64,000 nucleotides of DNA from a virus: positions 81,205-145,204 of the IMG/VR virus record IMGVR_UViG_3300045125_000034; one strand, written 5' to 3'. The notes under the pieces were generated by a model. The model made no database searches. It was not told the origin of the DNA and saw nothing but the letters and a program-made list of their open reading frames with translations. Below are positions 14,493 to 33,100 of this stretch, piece after piece (the first letter of the stretch is position 1; each line of letters begins with the position of its first letter). The position numbers and the translations under genes are program-made.

Positions 14493-14852
14493 TCACTTAG
14501 ACACCTCGGGATATACTGTAATCATGCCCTGTTGCACTCTGCGAACGACATTACGCTCTTCCGGATTGCTATGTCCTGCACCGCCATCAATTCCACATCA
14601 TAAAAATAGACTCCCGCTTTATTTCTGCGGTTTGAGATGCGGTTAGAGAAACTTTAATTCCTCCCTGAATCCCCTCTCAATTTTAGTCGCATTTAGTGTT
14701 ATTGCTGTGGCAGAAGTGTAATATTTTCTCATTTGGCAATAAACAGAGTAGTCAAATTTGATGTTTTTAGGAGTCCCATCATCATTTTTGACGGTTATCG
14801 TGAAAGAGAAAGTAGCCCCCTGATCCATGTCGTAGTTTACTGATGTTGCCAT
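14493..14852 (-). CDS. Small conserved T4-like virion protein
   Basis: MATSVNYDMDQGATFSFTITV...CQMRKYYTS...RVVRRVQGMITVYPEVSK, typical of the cyanophage DQGATF family. Confidence 0.7.
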
Positions 14853-16321
14853 TAGGCTGTCCTCTGTGCTAGTAGGAACTTATAGGAGATACCACCGCTG
14901 CTCTTGAAGTAGCCACAGATACCCCTGCTACGCCACTCGCCCGGCAACTTGACATGATGCTCGTTGTTTAGTTCTTCGCCCCCGAACCAATAGAACATTT
15001 GGTTGTCTTCGCCCAAGCCAAGACGCACATAGATGTTCTGAAGGACACCGTTCACAGGTACGCCCTTGATGGAGTAGGGAAGCATATCCTCGTTTGGGTT
15101 GGGGCTTCGTTGAGAGACCGAAATCATGGTTCCAATTGGGTAGGTCTCTTCGCTGACGATTATGTTGTCTGAAGCCTTGGCTACACTCAACCCCTGCTTG
15201 ATCTCGTTGGCGAGTTTGTCGGTGTAGTCCTTGGCTCGCTGAAGAACGGTTTCGGTTAGTGCTGTTCTGACTTTGCTGATCTCTTCCCGTGCGTCTTCAG
15301 TGAACCTTGGCAGCAACGGATTCCGGCATGCTTCTTTGCTTGGAAGAAGTATGACTTGTCTTGGCTCTCTATGAAGGCTCGGGTGTTGAGGTCTGTCATC
15401 ACTTTTAGAACCACGATTCGTGTGGAATGATAAGTCCATCCTTGTGCTGCTGCTTGAACTCCTGATGCCGTTCCTGATGCTGTGGCCGAGGAAGCATCCA
15501 TTACCAATGGATAAGGATCAAAAGCACCTGCGGTTGATCCTGTGCATGTAGTGATCCTTGCCACTTACCTGCTCCTTTGGGTAAAGTAATTGTGAAAGTA
15601 CCTCCATTAGATGCGGCAGGTGTTGGCTACCCATCTCGGGCGGAACAAATCTTGTATCTACAGTACTACTATACGAATGTTTGACTGCACATGACAACAA
15701 AATTAGCCATTCTACTTCCATCAATAGTCAGAAGGTTGTAGCTTTCACTAAAGGTCATACCATCTTCGGGATCTGTGCGAACCCAAGATCCTGTTTGACC
15801 CGATACAACTATTCCCCCTGCGCCCGTTATTGTCAGAGTTCCTGTCCAATCGGGGTCTAACTGCTGGTCATTACCCGAGGCATCAATCCAGCGGGGATTT
15901 CTACACTATCAAAGTATGATATTTCTCCTCCACCAGTTCTAGCATCTGTGTATGCATTAGCACTCTTTAATGTGGCGAGGTCTCTAGTATCAACATACTC
16001 TTTATTGCTTATATCACTATTTTCATCGGGTAGAACGGATGTTTTGGGAGTAATAGAGAAAGTCTTTATGCCCGTAATAGTTTCGTTTATATTGCCCGTT
16101 TTCTGAACAAAGTTTGATGTTACTTGTCTGTAGTAGGCTTGATCTTGTCCATCCACATAACTCTGTGGGACTCCTTGACCAGAACCCAAAGTCTGACGAA
16201 CATAACCAAGGTTGACCAAATCGTTGTCATCTCTTGGGGCAACATCACACTTGACGATGTTTCCTGCTACTATTGGACCGCTGTTTTCTGACGATATCTT
16301 GTTGACTTTTATTTCAGACAT
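14852..16321 (-). CDS. Short fibre protein 3 (MSEIKVN family); may be two genes
   Basis: MSEIKVNKISSENSG; trimeric stalk motifs DLVNLGYV, ANAYTD and AKDYTD; C-terminal LPGEWRSRG..FLLAQRTA. Confidence 0.55.
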
Positions 16322-16333
16322 GTTTTATTTTCC

Positions 16334-17206
16334 TCAAGACTTAATCAATAATCCAACATAACTCACTTCAGAAGCATCTCTTCCCCGCCTTGTCTACTAT
16401 ATGTAATCGTTACAGGTCCGGGAGTGATAACATTCAGAGTTCCTATTGCAACTTCTGCACCTGCCTTGACATAATAGTGACCCGCATCGCCTCCCTTTGA
16501 ATATTGATGATCGTGTGTATTTGTTACTGTGCGGCCACCGCTTGTTGCTGTAAGGTACATATACTCATATACTGTTCCCCCTGAAATCTTCCTTGTTGAA
16601 CATTCCAAGTATTGTTATCCAAGCATAAGTTCCACTTGCCACATTTTGAAGAGTGTGGCTGTTTGTTCTTGAAGCGTTTTCGTTCATTCCAACAACATAT
16701 ACCTTTGATGCTGTCGTATTCAAGTAATCCAAGTTTACCAAATGACTTCCGAGTGTCGGAATGATTGAACATAGTGGAGCCAAATTATTGAATTGCGCTT
16801 GACCATTGATATTCATTTGGTTTTCAAAAGTGGAGGCTCCTACAAAACGACTTTGCTGTAGAGCGGTTAGAAGCCCTGTAGAGTTCACGGATACCTTGGG
16901 TGTTCCTGCTGTGGATATAGTCAATCCATTAGTCGAGTCAGCATAAATCGCGGCTCTTTCTGTAGTTCCCGAGTTGTTGGTAAACTGTAATATGGATGTT
17001 CCGTTGTTCGCGGGAGACTTGATTCTTACCCCATAGTTTTGGGCTTGAACAGTCACTACTTCAACGGATCCTTCTATATCTGTATTGCCCGAAACATAAA
17101 GAGCATCGCCTGCTGTTGTTGGTGCGGCGGTTCTGATTCCAACGGGATTGCTTATCTTTATCCCGCTACCTACTGCTGAAATGTTGTTGACTTTTAGTTC
17201 TGACAT
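16334..17206 (-). CDS. Short fibre protein 2 (MSELKVN family)
   Basis: MSELKVNNISAVGSG...; beta-fibre motifs; HLVNLDYL neck motif. Confidence 0.6.
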
Positions 17207-17210
17207 TGTA

Positions 17211-18022
17211 TCATCCTGTTGGTACTCTCATGATGTAGCATAGTGCATAGAATGGAGGAAGGGTTGGTGTGGTTATTGTTATCGGTTGTGGGGTACTGCC
17301 CTCAGAAACCAAAGATTGGCTGTTTACATCTACTGGACCGAGTAAAGACGAGTCCACACTCCTTTAGTGTATCCTCTGGGGTTTCTTCTTCCTTCTTCTA
17401 TCCAATCTGTTCCGCTATCTTGTATCTTGACGGTTCTTTTGTTTGCATCATAGGTGTAATTGCCCTCACCTCCACCTACATTATATTTGAATACGCCAAT
17501 ATGGCTATGCCAAGGCAAGTTGTTTGTTGTTAATACAACTGTTTGAGTCCAACTTGAATTACCACCTTGTTCAGCAACAGAATAGCCATCTCCTGCACCA
17601 ACCACAAAACGATTTCTCAAATCAGGAGGAGTCCAACTCTGCCCGTTAATTGTTCTCGTAACACCATCGCACAAAACCCAACCCACGGGAATATTAGAAG
17701 ACAATCCCCACCACATAATGATGCCGCCGTAAGGAACACCTACAGTCCACTCAGGACTCAAGGAATTTCCTCTTGATGTTAGATGCTGCGGGGCTACAGG
17801 GGTTAGTGAAGAAAACCTAGAGGCATCATCATACTTTGTGTATGCGTTTCCTGTAGAGTTATCAATTTCGGATCCCACATTTATTGGACTGTAGATATAT
17901 GTGTGGTTGTCTTTTATGGTGAACAGAACAGAGCCTATTGTGTTCTGAACCTCCACACTTGGGGTAACCACTACTGTGTTTGCTGTTGCCGGCTCTAGTT
18001 TGTTTACTTTCAATTCTGACAT
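17211..18022 (-). CDS. Short tail fibre with phage tail-collar domain (MSELKVN family)
   Basis: VPYGGIIMWWG..IPVGWVLCDG..PDLRNRFVVGAG..LPWHSH and C-terminal PPFYALCYIMR. Confidence 0.8.
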
Positions 18023-18030
18023 TGTTTACC

Positions 18031-21000
18031 TCATACGATCTTCCATACAAATCCTTCAGATACAACTACTGTTCTTGTTTCCTTGATGGTTATGCCCTTG
18101 CCCGAATCCACCGTGTAAACTGCATTTGGGGTGTCGGGGAATAGAGATGGTTGCATGGTCATGCCAATATCTATAGTAGTTAGGCCGGCTTGCATTGAAC
18201 ATACCGCCGATAAACATACCGTGCTGTGGTGTTCTATCCCAAGATGTCGCACCCTGTAGGCTATCACCATCAAACAGGTGTGGTCCGATCTTGATACCCG
18301 AGCCACGAACTTCAAGAGACATTGATGGGTTGGCTGTACGAACACCAACATTACCTCTGTTGTTTCCTGTGCCGCTCTTGATGTATACGCCAGATTGACG
18401 AAGAATACCCGAAGCACTATCAACCATCAACTTAAGATCGTTTCCATTACCTGTCACAATCCAAGCCTGATTGCCTGTGTAACCATCTCCCGAGTAGCCA
18501 CCCAAAATGCGAATGTCGTATGCACCTGTCATACTTGCGGGGGACTTGATGTCTATGAATCCTCCACTAGCACCAGCTTCATATTGATCGAAGCCCACTT
18601 GTACTGATCTTGAATCATCAAGTTGGCGGCTTGTGATGTTGCCGACAAGGCAGCAAACCAATAATTGCCGGGACCACCAAAAGTTATACCCCCGCCATTT
18701 CTTATACTGTAGTGTGTGTCAGATGACTCTCTAGACAATGCTTGTATATTCCAACGAGCATTTTGTCTTCTTTCTGCCGTCATACCACTATCAGTAATCA
18801 ATTCCTTCTGTGGGTAATAATCATGACGAACATAACGATCATCGTGATTGTGTCCCGTTAGAATTAGAGCATTTGCTTCAGGCTTTGCCCTGATAATCCA
18901 ATGTACTACTACTGATGGTGGATACAAATATCCCGTATATTGAATCGGCGGTGCTGTTATTCCATAGCACTCGTTATAGTTGTATAGCGGTGTGTGGGGC
19001 AGCAGATTGGGCTAAATCCAGTTGAACTTGGGCAGCATTCTGTAGGAATTCCTGCACAAGAATCCGGTCCTGTTACACAGGTTGGGCAATCAGAACAATC
19101 TACACCGCTTACTCCCGTGCATCCAAATGCCTGACAGTAAACACACTTGCATCCGGGGCAGTTCTTGCATAGTTCTACATCACCCAAGTTGCAATTTACA
19201 CATTGTTCACAGCCGAATGACGGTGTGCAGCCTGTGCAAGAAATGCAGTAGTCGGGGATACTCCAGGTTACTCCTGTGCATCCATAAGCATTGCAATAAT
19301 TGCAACGACAAGGAGCCGCAGAACTTGCAGTAAGGAGAATATGTTGCTCCTGTTGGGCATCCCCAATTTACGCAATCGTTGCAGGTTGGTAAAGTTGGTC
19401 CCGGCCCGCCGCCGCCGTCGCCATCTACTTGACCACCACCACCACAACCTTCTGGAGTTGTGCATGGTCCAACTCCACCACCACTTCCTTGCCCCTCGCC
19501 CGATGGATCAACCATCATGGTAATTACAGGCTCTTCGGATACACAACTTTCGCCTTCACAACCACAATCTACGCACTTTGTGCAATCAACAACATTTATA
19601 ATACCAGTAACCATAATTTACCGATACGGTATTTGGGCAACCACTCTGCAAGCACAACTGGCATTCGTAGGCGGTTGGTATTGCTGGATTTTCTTGAGTG
19701 CCAACTCCAGACCTTGCAGCAGCGACATAGTTATTCCAATATGAGAATCCTTGAGAACAGACGGCAGAATTGAAACCGCAAGCCAAGCAGTAATCTGAGC
19801 AACGATACTGTTTACCGCTAATGGTTACTATGGGATTTGTACTTCTTCGGCAAACATCACACAATAAGTACAGCATTCGCAATTTGAACCAAGGCAAGAG
19901 TTTTGTAGACACTCATCGCAATTGCATAGTGTTGTCGCGGTATCGCAAGTTCCTCCGACCAATCCATAAACAGAAGTGAACGGAGAATCCGAACCAGTAA
20001 ACAAAGGAACCTGTTTTGCCTCTAGGTACAACCAAGTGTGTGCTTGCAGTCAAAGAATAAACCAAATCGTGGTTTACTTGACCCAAGTTCATTATAGAAC
20101 CGTTGTCGAATAGTGATGTCTCTGTTGGCAATCCGCTACCAAATACTGTTCTATTCCTCAAATCGGGGATGAAGAACACACCACGACTTGCCAACTCATC
20201 CCTAGACACACCCTGTTGAGCAGGATAATCTGTTCTATGTCTTCCGTATAGACGAATTGAGTATTGTGATGGTTGCGTGCTTGCTACACGAATAAAGTCA
20301 TAGAATTCTACACGATTCTTTTCTAGACCTGCTGGACCTTGATACTTACCTTGTGTTACCGATGAACCATTTGGATAGTTACGGAAAGCAAAGTTTACGC
20401 TGTAAGTATCAACCACATTGTAGACGGTAGCATCGCGGAACGCCACTTCTGTCATCGTGTTTCTTGTCGTATACTGAAATTCTAACCAAATCGTTGCTTA
20501 TTAGACCGCGATTGCCGCCACGAAGATCAAGTCTTATGATGCCCGGAACAACACTTGAAGACCCAGAACGAACTTCTACTACAGAGAACTTGTCTTCGTC
20601 TTCGTAGAAATTTGCACTTGTAATATTCGGGAAAGACGCATCGACATAGTACTTCTGATTGTCTACAAAGCCATTGCTTGTTCCAATAGCACGATACAGT
20701 TCTTTCCACAAGCCGGGACGCAACTTACGACCGTCGCAATATAGCCATTCGTCTGTCAGTTCATTCAACGCACCGCTATATGGGGCGATTGAGCCAACAG
20801 GTACTAGACCTTGTGCGTAGATTTCATCTGTTGCTATTCCGCCCTTCATGAAGCCGGGGAAGGACAGGACTATACCTGTGGCTGTTCTGTTATTTGCACT
20901 ACCTGTCAACTGAACAGGCAAGAACATAGCCTTTTCTATGAAGTATGGATCACCAAATGTTGGACCAAAGTCTGTAGTCAGACCGCCACTCAAACCAAGG

Positions 21001-24000
21001 AATAGCGGAACTCCCTTTAGAGCATCACCCGTGAACAGGGATTGGTAGCCTGACCGCTGTTTACATACACAAACTCATTGGCGTTTATGACTTCTACGAC
21101 GATGCCTGTTGTCTCTGCGGTATCTTCCGACAAGCAACTTGCCTTGATATAGTCGTTGCCTGCTGTACCCGATGTCATAGACGCGGTTTGAATGATTACA
21201 TTGCCTGCGGTTAGACCGTGAGCGATCTGATATACACGAACACGATTTGCATCCGAGTCTAACCAAGACGAGTGAACTCTTCCTCTTACATCGGCTATAG
21301 GAATAGTGTAGCCCGTTGAACCCCTATCGTGAGGATACGGATTGCCTGTTGTAGCACCGGGCTCCATCCAAGAAGTCAGCATTGAAGCCGACTGCAAACA
21401 TATTGCTTGTTGCACCACCAACACCATTTACTGTTTGCCCGTGAGTGAACGGGAAGTGATACGGTCCTGATGTTAGACCAAAGAATCCTGCTAGTTTGTG
21501 TTCTGTCGAAGAACCGCCAGCTGCATGGATAAACATGAGTGGTTCTGTGGCGAATGACTTGTCGTAAGCTCAAAGAGCCACTTTCTCCGTGAGTCGTAGG
21601 ATACTATTACCTTGGTATTACCACTAATACCCGTAGATCCGATGAACCAAAACTCGTTCTTGCCATCGTTCGTCCAAGCCACAGTTACGATAGAAGCGGC
21701 TTGTAACAAATTGATTCTCCGTGTTGACACCAAGATTTACATTCGTGACAAATGCGTTGCAGCCTGTTTCATAGGTGAATGTCTTGTCGCCGCTTGCTCC
21801 CTTGACTGTGAATCCTGCACCGTCAAGCAAAGCATCACTAAAGAATTCGTTAACAAGACCCTCAGAATCGTCGGATACCGCAAAGGTTGCTCCTGTTGCA
21901 CCGGTCAGACCGCTGAATCGGAAAACACCACCTATTTCAAAATCTTCTCCACCCCCACGGCTAAACATAGATCCAACCGTTACTTGTGCTGTTGGTCCTA
22001 TTGGATTTCCTGTTATGCTCTTTACGGTTCCGATTACTTCTGCCGTTGTAATGTTTGGACTCACAGATACGGTGGAATCTGCATAAAACGCAGTAAGCCC
22101 TGCGTAAACATTATTGTAAGTTCCCGCAGTAACGCCCGATATTGTTACTGTTCTCTTGGTCTGATATGCAATCTCAATGTTGTTATCTTCGATTCGCAGA
22201 TCATTAGAAGCGATGAAGGTTGATTGTGGCCTACACTAAAGTTACCGATAATCTCAACATCGCCATCAATCTGAAGTCTACCACCACCCTTACCCACATG
22301 AGTCTGTTTGGCAACATGTATGCGGCTTCGACATACTTGGGGGTTCCGTCAGATACCTTGCTTGTGTCACTCAAATCTTTGAAGATCACCAAATCTGACG
22401 GTGAGACTGTATTTGCTGTCATTGCAGCAGCAGGTAAAGTTCTTGGGTCTACATAGATTTTGTCATGGACCCACCCGTTGGACTTACGGCTCCTGCGGTA
22501 TTTCCATACTGCAAGCCCGGGTCCGTACTTGAAGCCCAATCCCATAACACCGTTGTAATTGCAGTTTTCTCTGCCATTTACCAACTCAATTCCTGTTAGT
22601 CCGTATATCTCATATAGATTTAGTGGGTTTACTTTCTCTATGATTTGATTTGTTCTATCAAACCAAGTGTGGAAAGTATCAGACAAAACCAATGGATCAA
22701 TGTCTATTAGATTATCGCAGTACGGTCCTGTTAGCGGCAGAGGAAGGTGAACACAGCATTCTGTGCATCCGCATGTACCGCCGCTCCGCCCCCGCCTGCG
22801 CCCGTCGCCCCGTGGGACCGCGAACATAACCAACATTTATACTATTTCCATCACTAAAGTTGAGGTATAGATTTCCGCCAGCATCAACCAATGCATTACT
22901 TACAGAAACACCTGTAGCACCAGTGAGCCTCTGTCGCCCGTAGTTCCTGTTATTCCTGTTACGCCAGAATGCGGAACACTCCCCGAACTAATAAAGTCCA
23001 TGTGAACTTTACACCACCGCCGCTGACTTGGAAAGTATTGGAATATAGATTGCTTTACTGATAGTGTTAGATCATCTACCTTTATCGGGATTAGCAAATC
23101 TCCCGTAGTATAAGTAGAATTCCATCTAACTATTGGTTTTCTATTGACCTTTAGGTAAAGCGGCGGCTGACTTGTGGTTAGAGAATTTATAACTACCCAA
23201 CCATAATTCCTGTTGGTACTGTTCCTGAGAAGGATTCTGACCATTTTTGGAAGAAGTTACCAGTAATACCCGCTCCGGCTGTTCCTCCAATAGGAATATT
23301 TCTCTTGCCGATTTGATCTATACCAGAAACTCTAATATAGCCCGTTAGTGACTGTGCAATTTGATTTAGAGGACTAGGATCAGAAGAACTGCTTTTCCCA
23401 TATTGTGCTAATAAGACCATCAAACTCGGTCGTATCTGTAACAATTTCATCTATAGCAGAACCACCAACAATTATTCTTGGGGAATCTGCTGATGAGTTG
23501 TAAATACGCAAATGCCAGAGCCCGGCAGCACCTTCGCCCCGGATCTCCCCTTATCTCCTTTGCACCCGGCGCACCTGTAGCACCTGTAGCACCTGTAGCA
23601 CCTGTAGCACCTGTTTGACCTGTAGCACGGTCCTACCTGTAGCACCTGTTTGTCCTGTAACACCTGTTTGACCTGTAGCTTACGGTTCTACCTGTAGCAC
23701 CTGTTTGTCCTGTAGCACCTGTTTGAACCTGTGAGGGCCGGTTTCGCCTGTTTGGCCACCTGTATTACCTGTAGCACCAGTTCTACCTGTAGCACCCGTC
23801 GAGCCCGGTCGAGACCAGTTAGATCCGCCACCGTTCCCACGGAAGACCCACGGCAAACCAACATGCATCAACGGAATATTTGTGTTTGTAACTGGAATGG
23901 TTATTGTGCCGCCACTACTAAACCTATATCAAAACCAGCCACTCGTACTAGTCTATTAAAACTATTGATCTCCTGAACTGTTCCTTCTGCCCAAACATTA

Positions 24001-24416
24001 GCACCAGCAAGGATCGACTAAACGAACTCTAACTTTCGCGGAGCAAATGGCAAAGGAATACTTGTTCCTTGCTGCTGAAAGAAAGCCAATGTTAACAGGA
24101 CTTATTGAAGTAGAACTTATTTGAAGTGCTACTTGGCCCGGAGGGAGTTCCATAGCCCGATTGTTGATAGGCTTTTACAAGATAGGGACCAGAAGCCCAA
24201 CGCCTGTACCGCCCGTTGCACCAGTTACTCCCCGACCACTACTAGGACAAACCCAAGGTGCGGCTGCAATACCGCAATTAGTACAACCACAAGTTGCTCC
24301 CAAGAAGTCTTGGTTGCAACAGTCAACAGACGGGTCTGAATTGCAATAATTTTTATACCATTCGCATTGTGCTTGGACACACCAATTCTCAAATCCTGTA
24401 GGAGAAAACACGCCAT
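18031..24416 (-). CDS. Giant multidomain fibre B (about 2100 aa): Cys-rich tip, collagen, cement-like domain, split tail collar with Cys-rich insert
   Basis: Frames join continuously: MACF..CC.. (24416), GxT repeats, GNLYLNFSDGNSINVGYVRGPTG, SDTFHTWFDRTN, HGLTAGNV..TTGIVVEV, VPVGSIAPY..WLYCDG, IPDLRNR, Cys tract, PPSVVVHWIIRAK, end GFVWKIV. Single-gene status is inferred. Confidence 0.6.
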
Positions 24417-24491
24417 TATTGCTCTCCTGACTGCTTATTTCTGCAACTTGTATCTGTATCTGACATTGGTGTTTCCTTATCGACGGTATCG

Positions 24492-29969
<5,478 letters not shown>

Positions 29970-29971
29970 TA

Positions 29972-30183
29972 GTTATTCCCCCCGACTGTCTAGTTTGTTT
30001 AGTATGGTATGCAGCATGGCTTTCAACTCTTGTACCTCGGTTTTCAGACTATTTATCTCTTCGTCCCTTGCCCTAATAGCCTTCTTTTTTGCCTTGTAAG
30101 CATCTATTTCATCGCGGTTGCTGTATATCAACGCCCCATTGTTAGGTCTCTGAAGATAGCTCTCCCTGCACCCTCGGGTTCAT
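29972..30183 (-). CDS. Small conserved T4-like coiled-coil protein
   Basis: ...RDPNNGALIYSNRDEIDAYKAKKK..EINSLKTEVQELKAML, typical of the gene following the DUF4815 protein. Confidence 0.65.
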
Positions 30184-33100
30184 GTTGCAATAACCTTCAT
30201 TGACTTGATGATTGGTGTTGGGTGGTTTGAAACATCGTTTGTGCCGTGAAGCACTACCTTTACTGAGAAGGTGGAGAATCTTTGGTCATCGGTCAAAGCC
30301 AAGGTGTATCTGATGTCCTGATACTCACCTTCTGCCGTGTTTCGTTCTGTGCTTGCTGTCATCTTCGTGTAGCCACGGTTTTGGAAGAAGGTGTTCGAAT
30401 CGGTCTCGTCAGGTAGAGTTCTAGCGAATACCTCAACTCCTGTATTCGGTGGGTTTGAAATCTTCAGATAGACATCCAACTGAGTAGCAGGATTCTCCAA
30501 ATTGATCTTCTTCGTGATGTACCTTGATGCCGAACGAACAGGGGTTGATACCCCTCTATTAGTTGGGCTTTCTTCTCCGTTGGTATTTGTTGTTCCTACC
30601 TTTGTTGTTGTTCATTTGACTTTCAACAAGAACTACGCAAGAGCGATCCAAGTCAACCATAGGCGAAACATAGTCATTGTTACTTACCAAGTTTACGCTT
30701 ATTGTTGTGAAGTCCGCTGACAAACCAACAGAGTCAGTCAAAGTTCTGTTGATATTTTTGCCCAACAAGATGTTTGTATCTGATGTTCCTAAAATTCGGG
30801 ACCATTTTCCTTCACGGTAATTGATGTCCCCGGAGGAACTATAGTTGGTATTTCAACTCGTACTATACTTGGGTTTTGCAAGATGTTCCATAGTAGTTTG
30901 TAGGAACATTCTTGGTTTGGATTACTGATGCTGTGCTTCTATCAAACTTGCAGAAGTTTACAACAAACTTCAAATCCTCCCTAACTTCTTTCAGCAGGGT
31001 GTTTGGGGGTTTGAGCAGTAAACAGAGACCTGACATAAGGCTGTTTTGTTACTGTCAAAGATGGGTCTGAATCGTTTGCCTTATATTGAGTTTGGTTTAG
31101 TATAGCGGTATGCAAAGAGAACTTATCGCTTGTTGTTCTCAGACTAAAGCAGTATTCCGCCCCCGGTGACAGGTATATTGGTGAGTTGAAATTAAACCTT
31201 GTAGATGAAGTAGCGTCTTCTGAAACTGTTATATTGTTTGGAGAATACAGTAGATACGCCCGTGGGTAGAGTCTTTGAGGGTGTGGATACCCACTTATCA
31301 ATGTCTTCAGTTCAAGAATTACGGGTACACCAACAGATGATGTGTCTTTAGTCTTAAACCACAAATCGACACTACTGACAAACACACCATATGGATATAT
31401 GATGGGGTCTACAAAGAATGATTGTGATAGTGGTTCTACTATACCTCTTGATGTTGCTGTACTACTTGTTTCTTTGCCAAGATGTTGTTCACAACCGTTG
31501 ACGAACTTGGTGATGCTCTCTTGATTAAGTGGCTTTCTTGTACTCAAAACATCCGTTTCTCTTGTACCATATCCACCCTCAATATAGAAGAGTTTTTCGG
31601 CAACTGTTGTTGTTGTGGTTATATCGTTTGTGCTGCTATCTGTAAACCTAATCAGTCTTGGTCCTGTCTTTACATTTCCCGTTTGGTTTATGCGAATCGT
31701 GTATCCTAAAGATCCTGCTGTTAGACCACCAAACGATCCCTACTATCTGTTGTTAGGTAACTCACGGTGGAGAATCCTGATACTCCTGTTGCTCCCTGTA
31801 CAGTTACCGTGATATTAGAAGAGAGTTATAGCATCGTCTATAAATGCGTACATCTTGGTGTTTGGCTTTAGCCCATCTCCACGAACCATGACCTCTATGT
31901 TTCTGGCATAGAATTCAATATCGTTGTTGGTCTTCTCAGATACCTTGTTTAGAACTATTGATTACGGAGATGCATTACGATCAATTAGACCAGAGAATTG
32001 CGAATTGATATTCGCTGATACCGACATATCATCGCTTGTCTTATTGAATAGGTTATTGGTAGTCTCATCGAAATTGCTCTTACCAAACCACATAGTTTCC
32101 CAATCGTTCCATTGAGTTCCAAATCCTGTACCCTCGCCTGCGCCCGCGCCCCTTCCGCACCCGCGCTCCCGCGCTGAGAATGCCCAATTATCTCTTTCCC
32201 CTCTTGGGTTTTACTTTTACTGATGGACGAGCGGTATCTGCAAACCAAAAATCAGAATCGGGATTTGTAAACAGAGTTCCCGTATAGTTGATTACACCAA
32301 ACGGATTCAACTGACGCGAGGATGATGCTTGCGGTTGAATGATGCTTGGGTGTTCCTGTGTATCCTATAGTGAACAGCCGATTTCCTGTTATGGATAGAG
32401 GAATTTCACTTGGACTATAGTTATACAGGGATGGAGTTGCGGAAGAGTCTAACGATAAGCGATAAATCTTGGTCTCAAACGCTTGGACGAAGAGATGATG
32501 TTTCGGGATCTATTGCCGCGTTATACATCAAATCTTTCACATCTCCTATGTTGTGACCACGGAAGGTATCTACCAAGATTCCTTCTTAGGTACTTCTACT
32601 CCTTGAGAATCAACAATAGCAAGTATTCTTTGCTTCCTGTTCCAAAAGACTCATGGTCGTATAGTATTCAACAGAGTCAATTCTTCTTTCTAAGTTACCT
32701 ATATCCTGCATGGTGTAACGCTTGTTCTTTACTGCACGAAGAGAAACATCATCCCTACTATAGGTGTATGGAGGTAGGGTTAGTGTATACAGGGTCATAC
32801 TGTTTGGATCGTCAGGCGGGACTGCTGCTTCGGCAGAAGGCAACCCAGAAATTATCTTGAAAGAACGGTTCTTTGATAGAACCAATTTATCTGTTCTTGG
32901 AAGATACTTTTTCTACAGTAATCAATCCCGTAGAAGTCGATACTGGATAGCAGAAAGGACTAAATGTGTTGTCGGGTAATCTGTGCTGGTCTAAAATCTA
33001 TCATGTCGGATAGATAGTGAGTTTTGCCTGTATCGGGACTTGTATAGACGGGGATATCACTAAAATCAACAGTAGAGTAAGAATCTACTGTGAATGGTCC

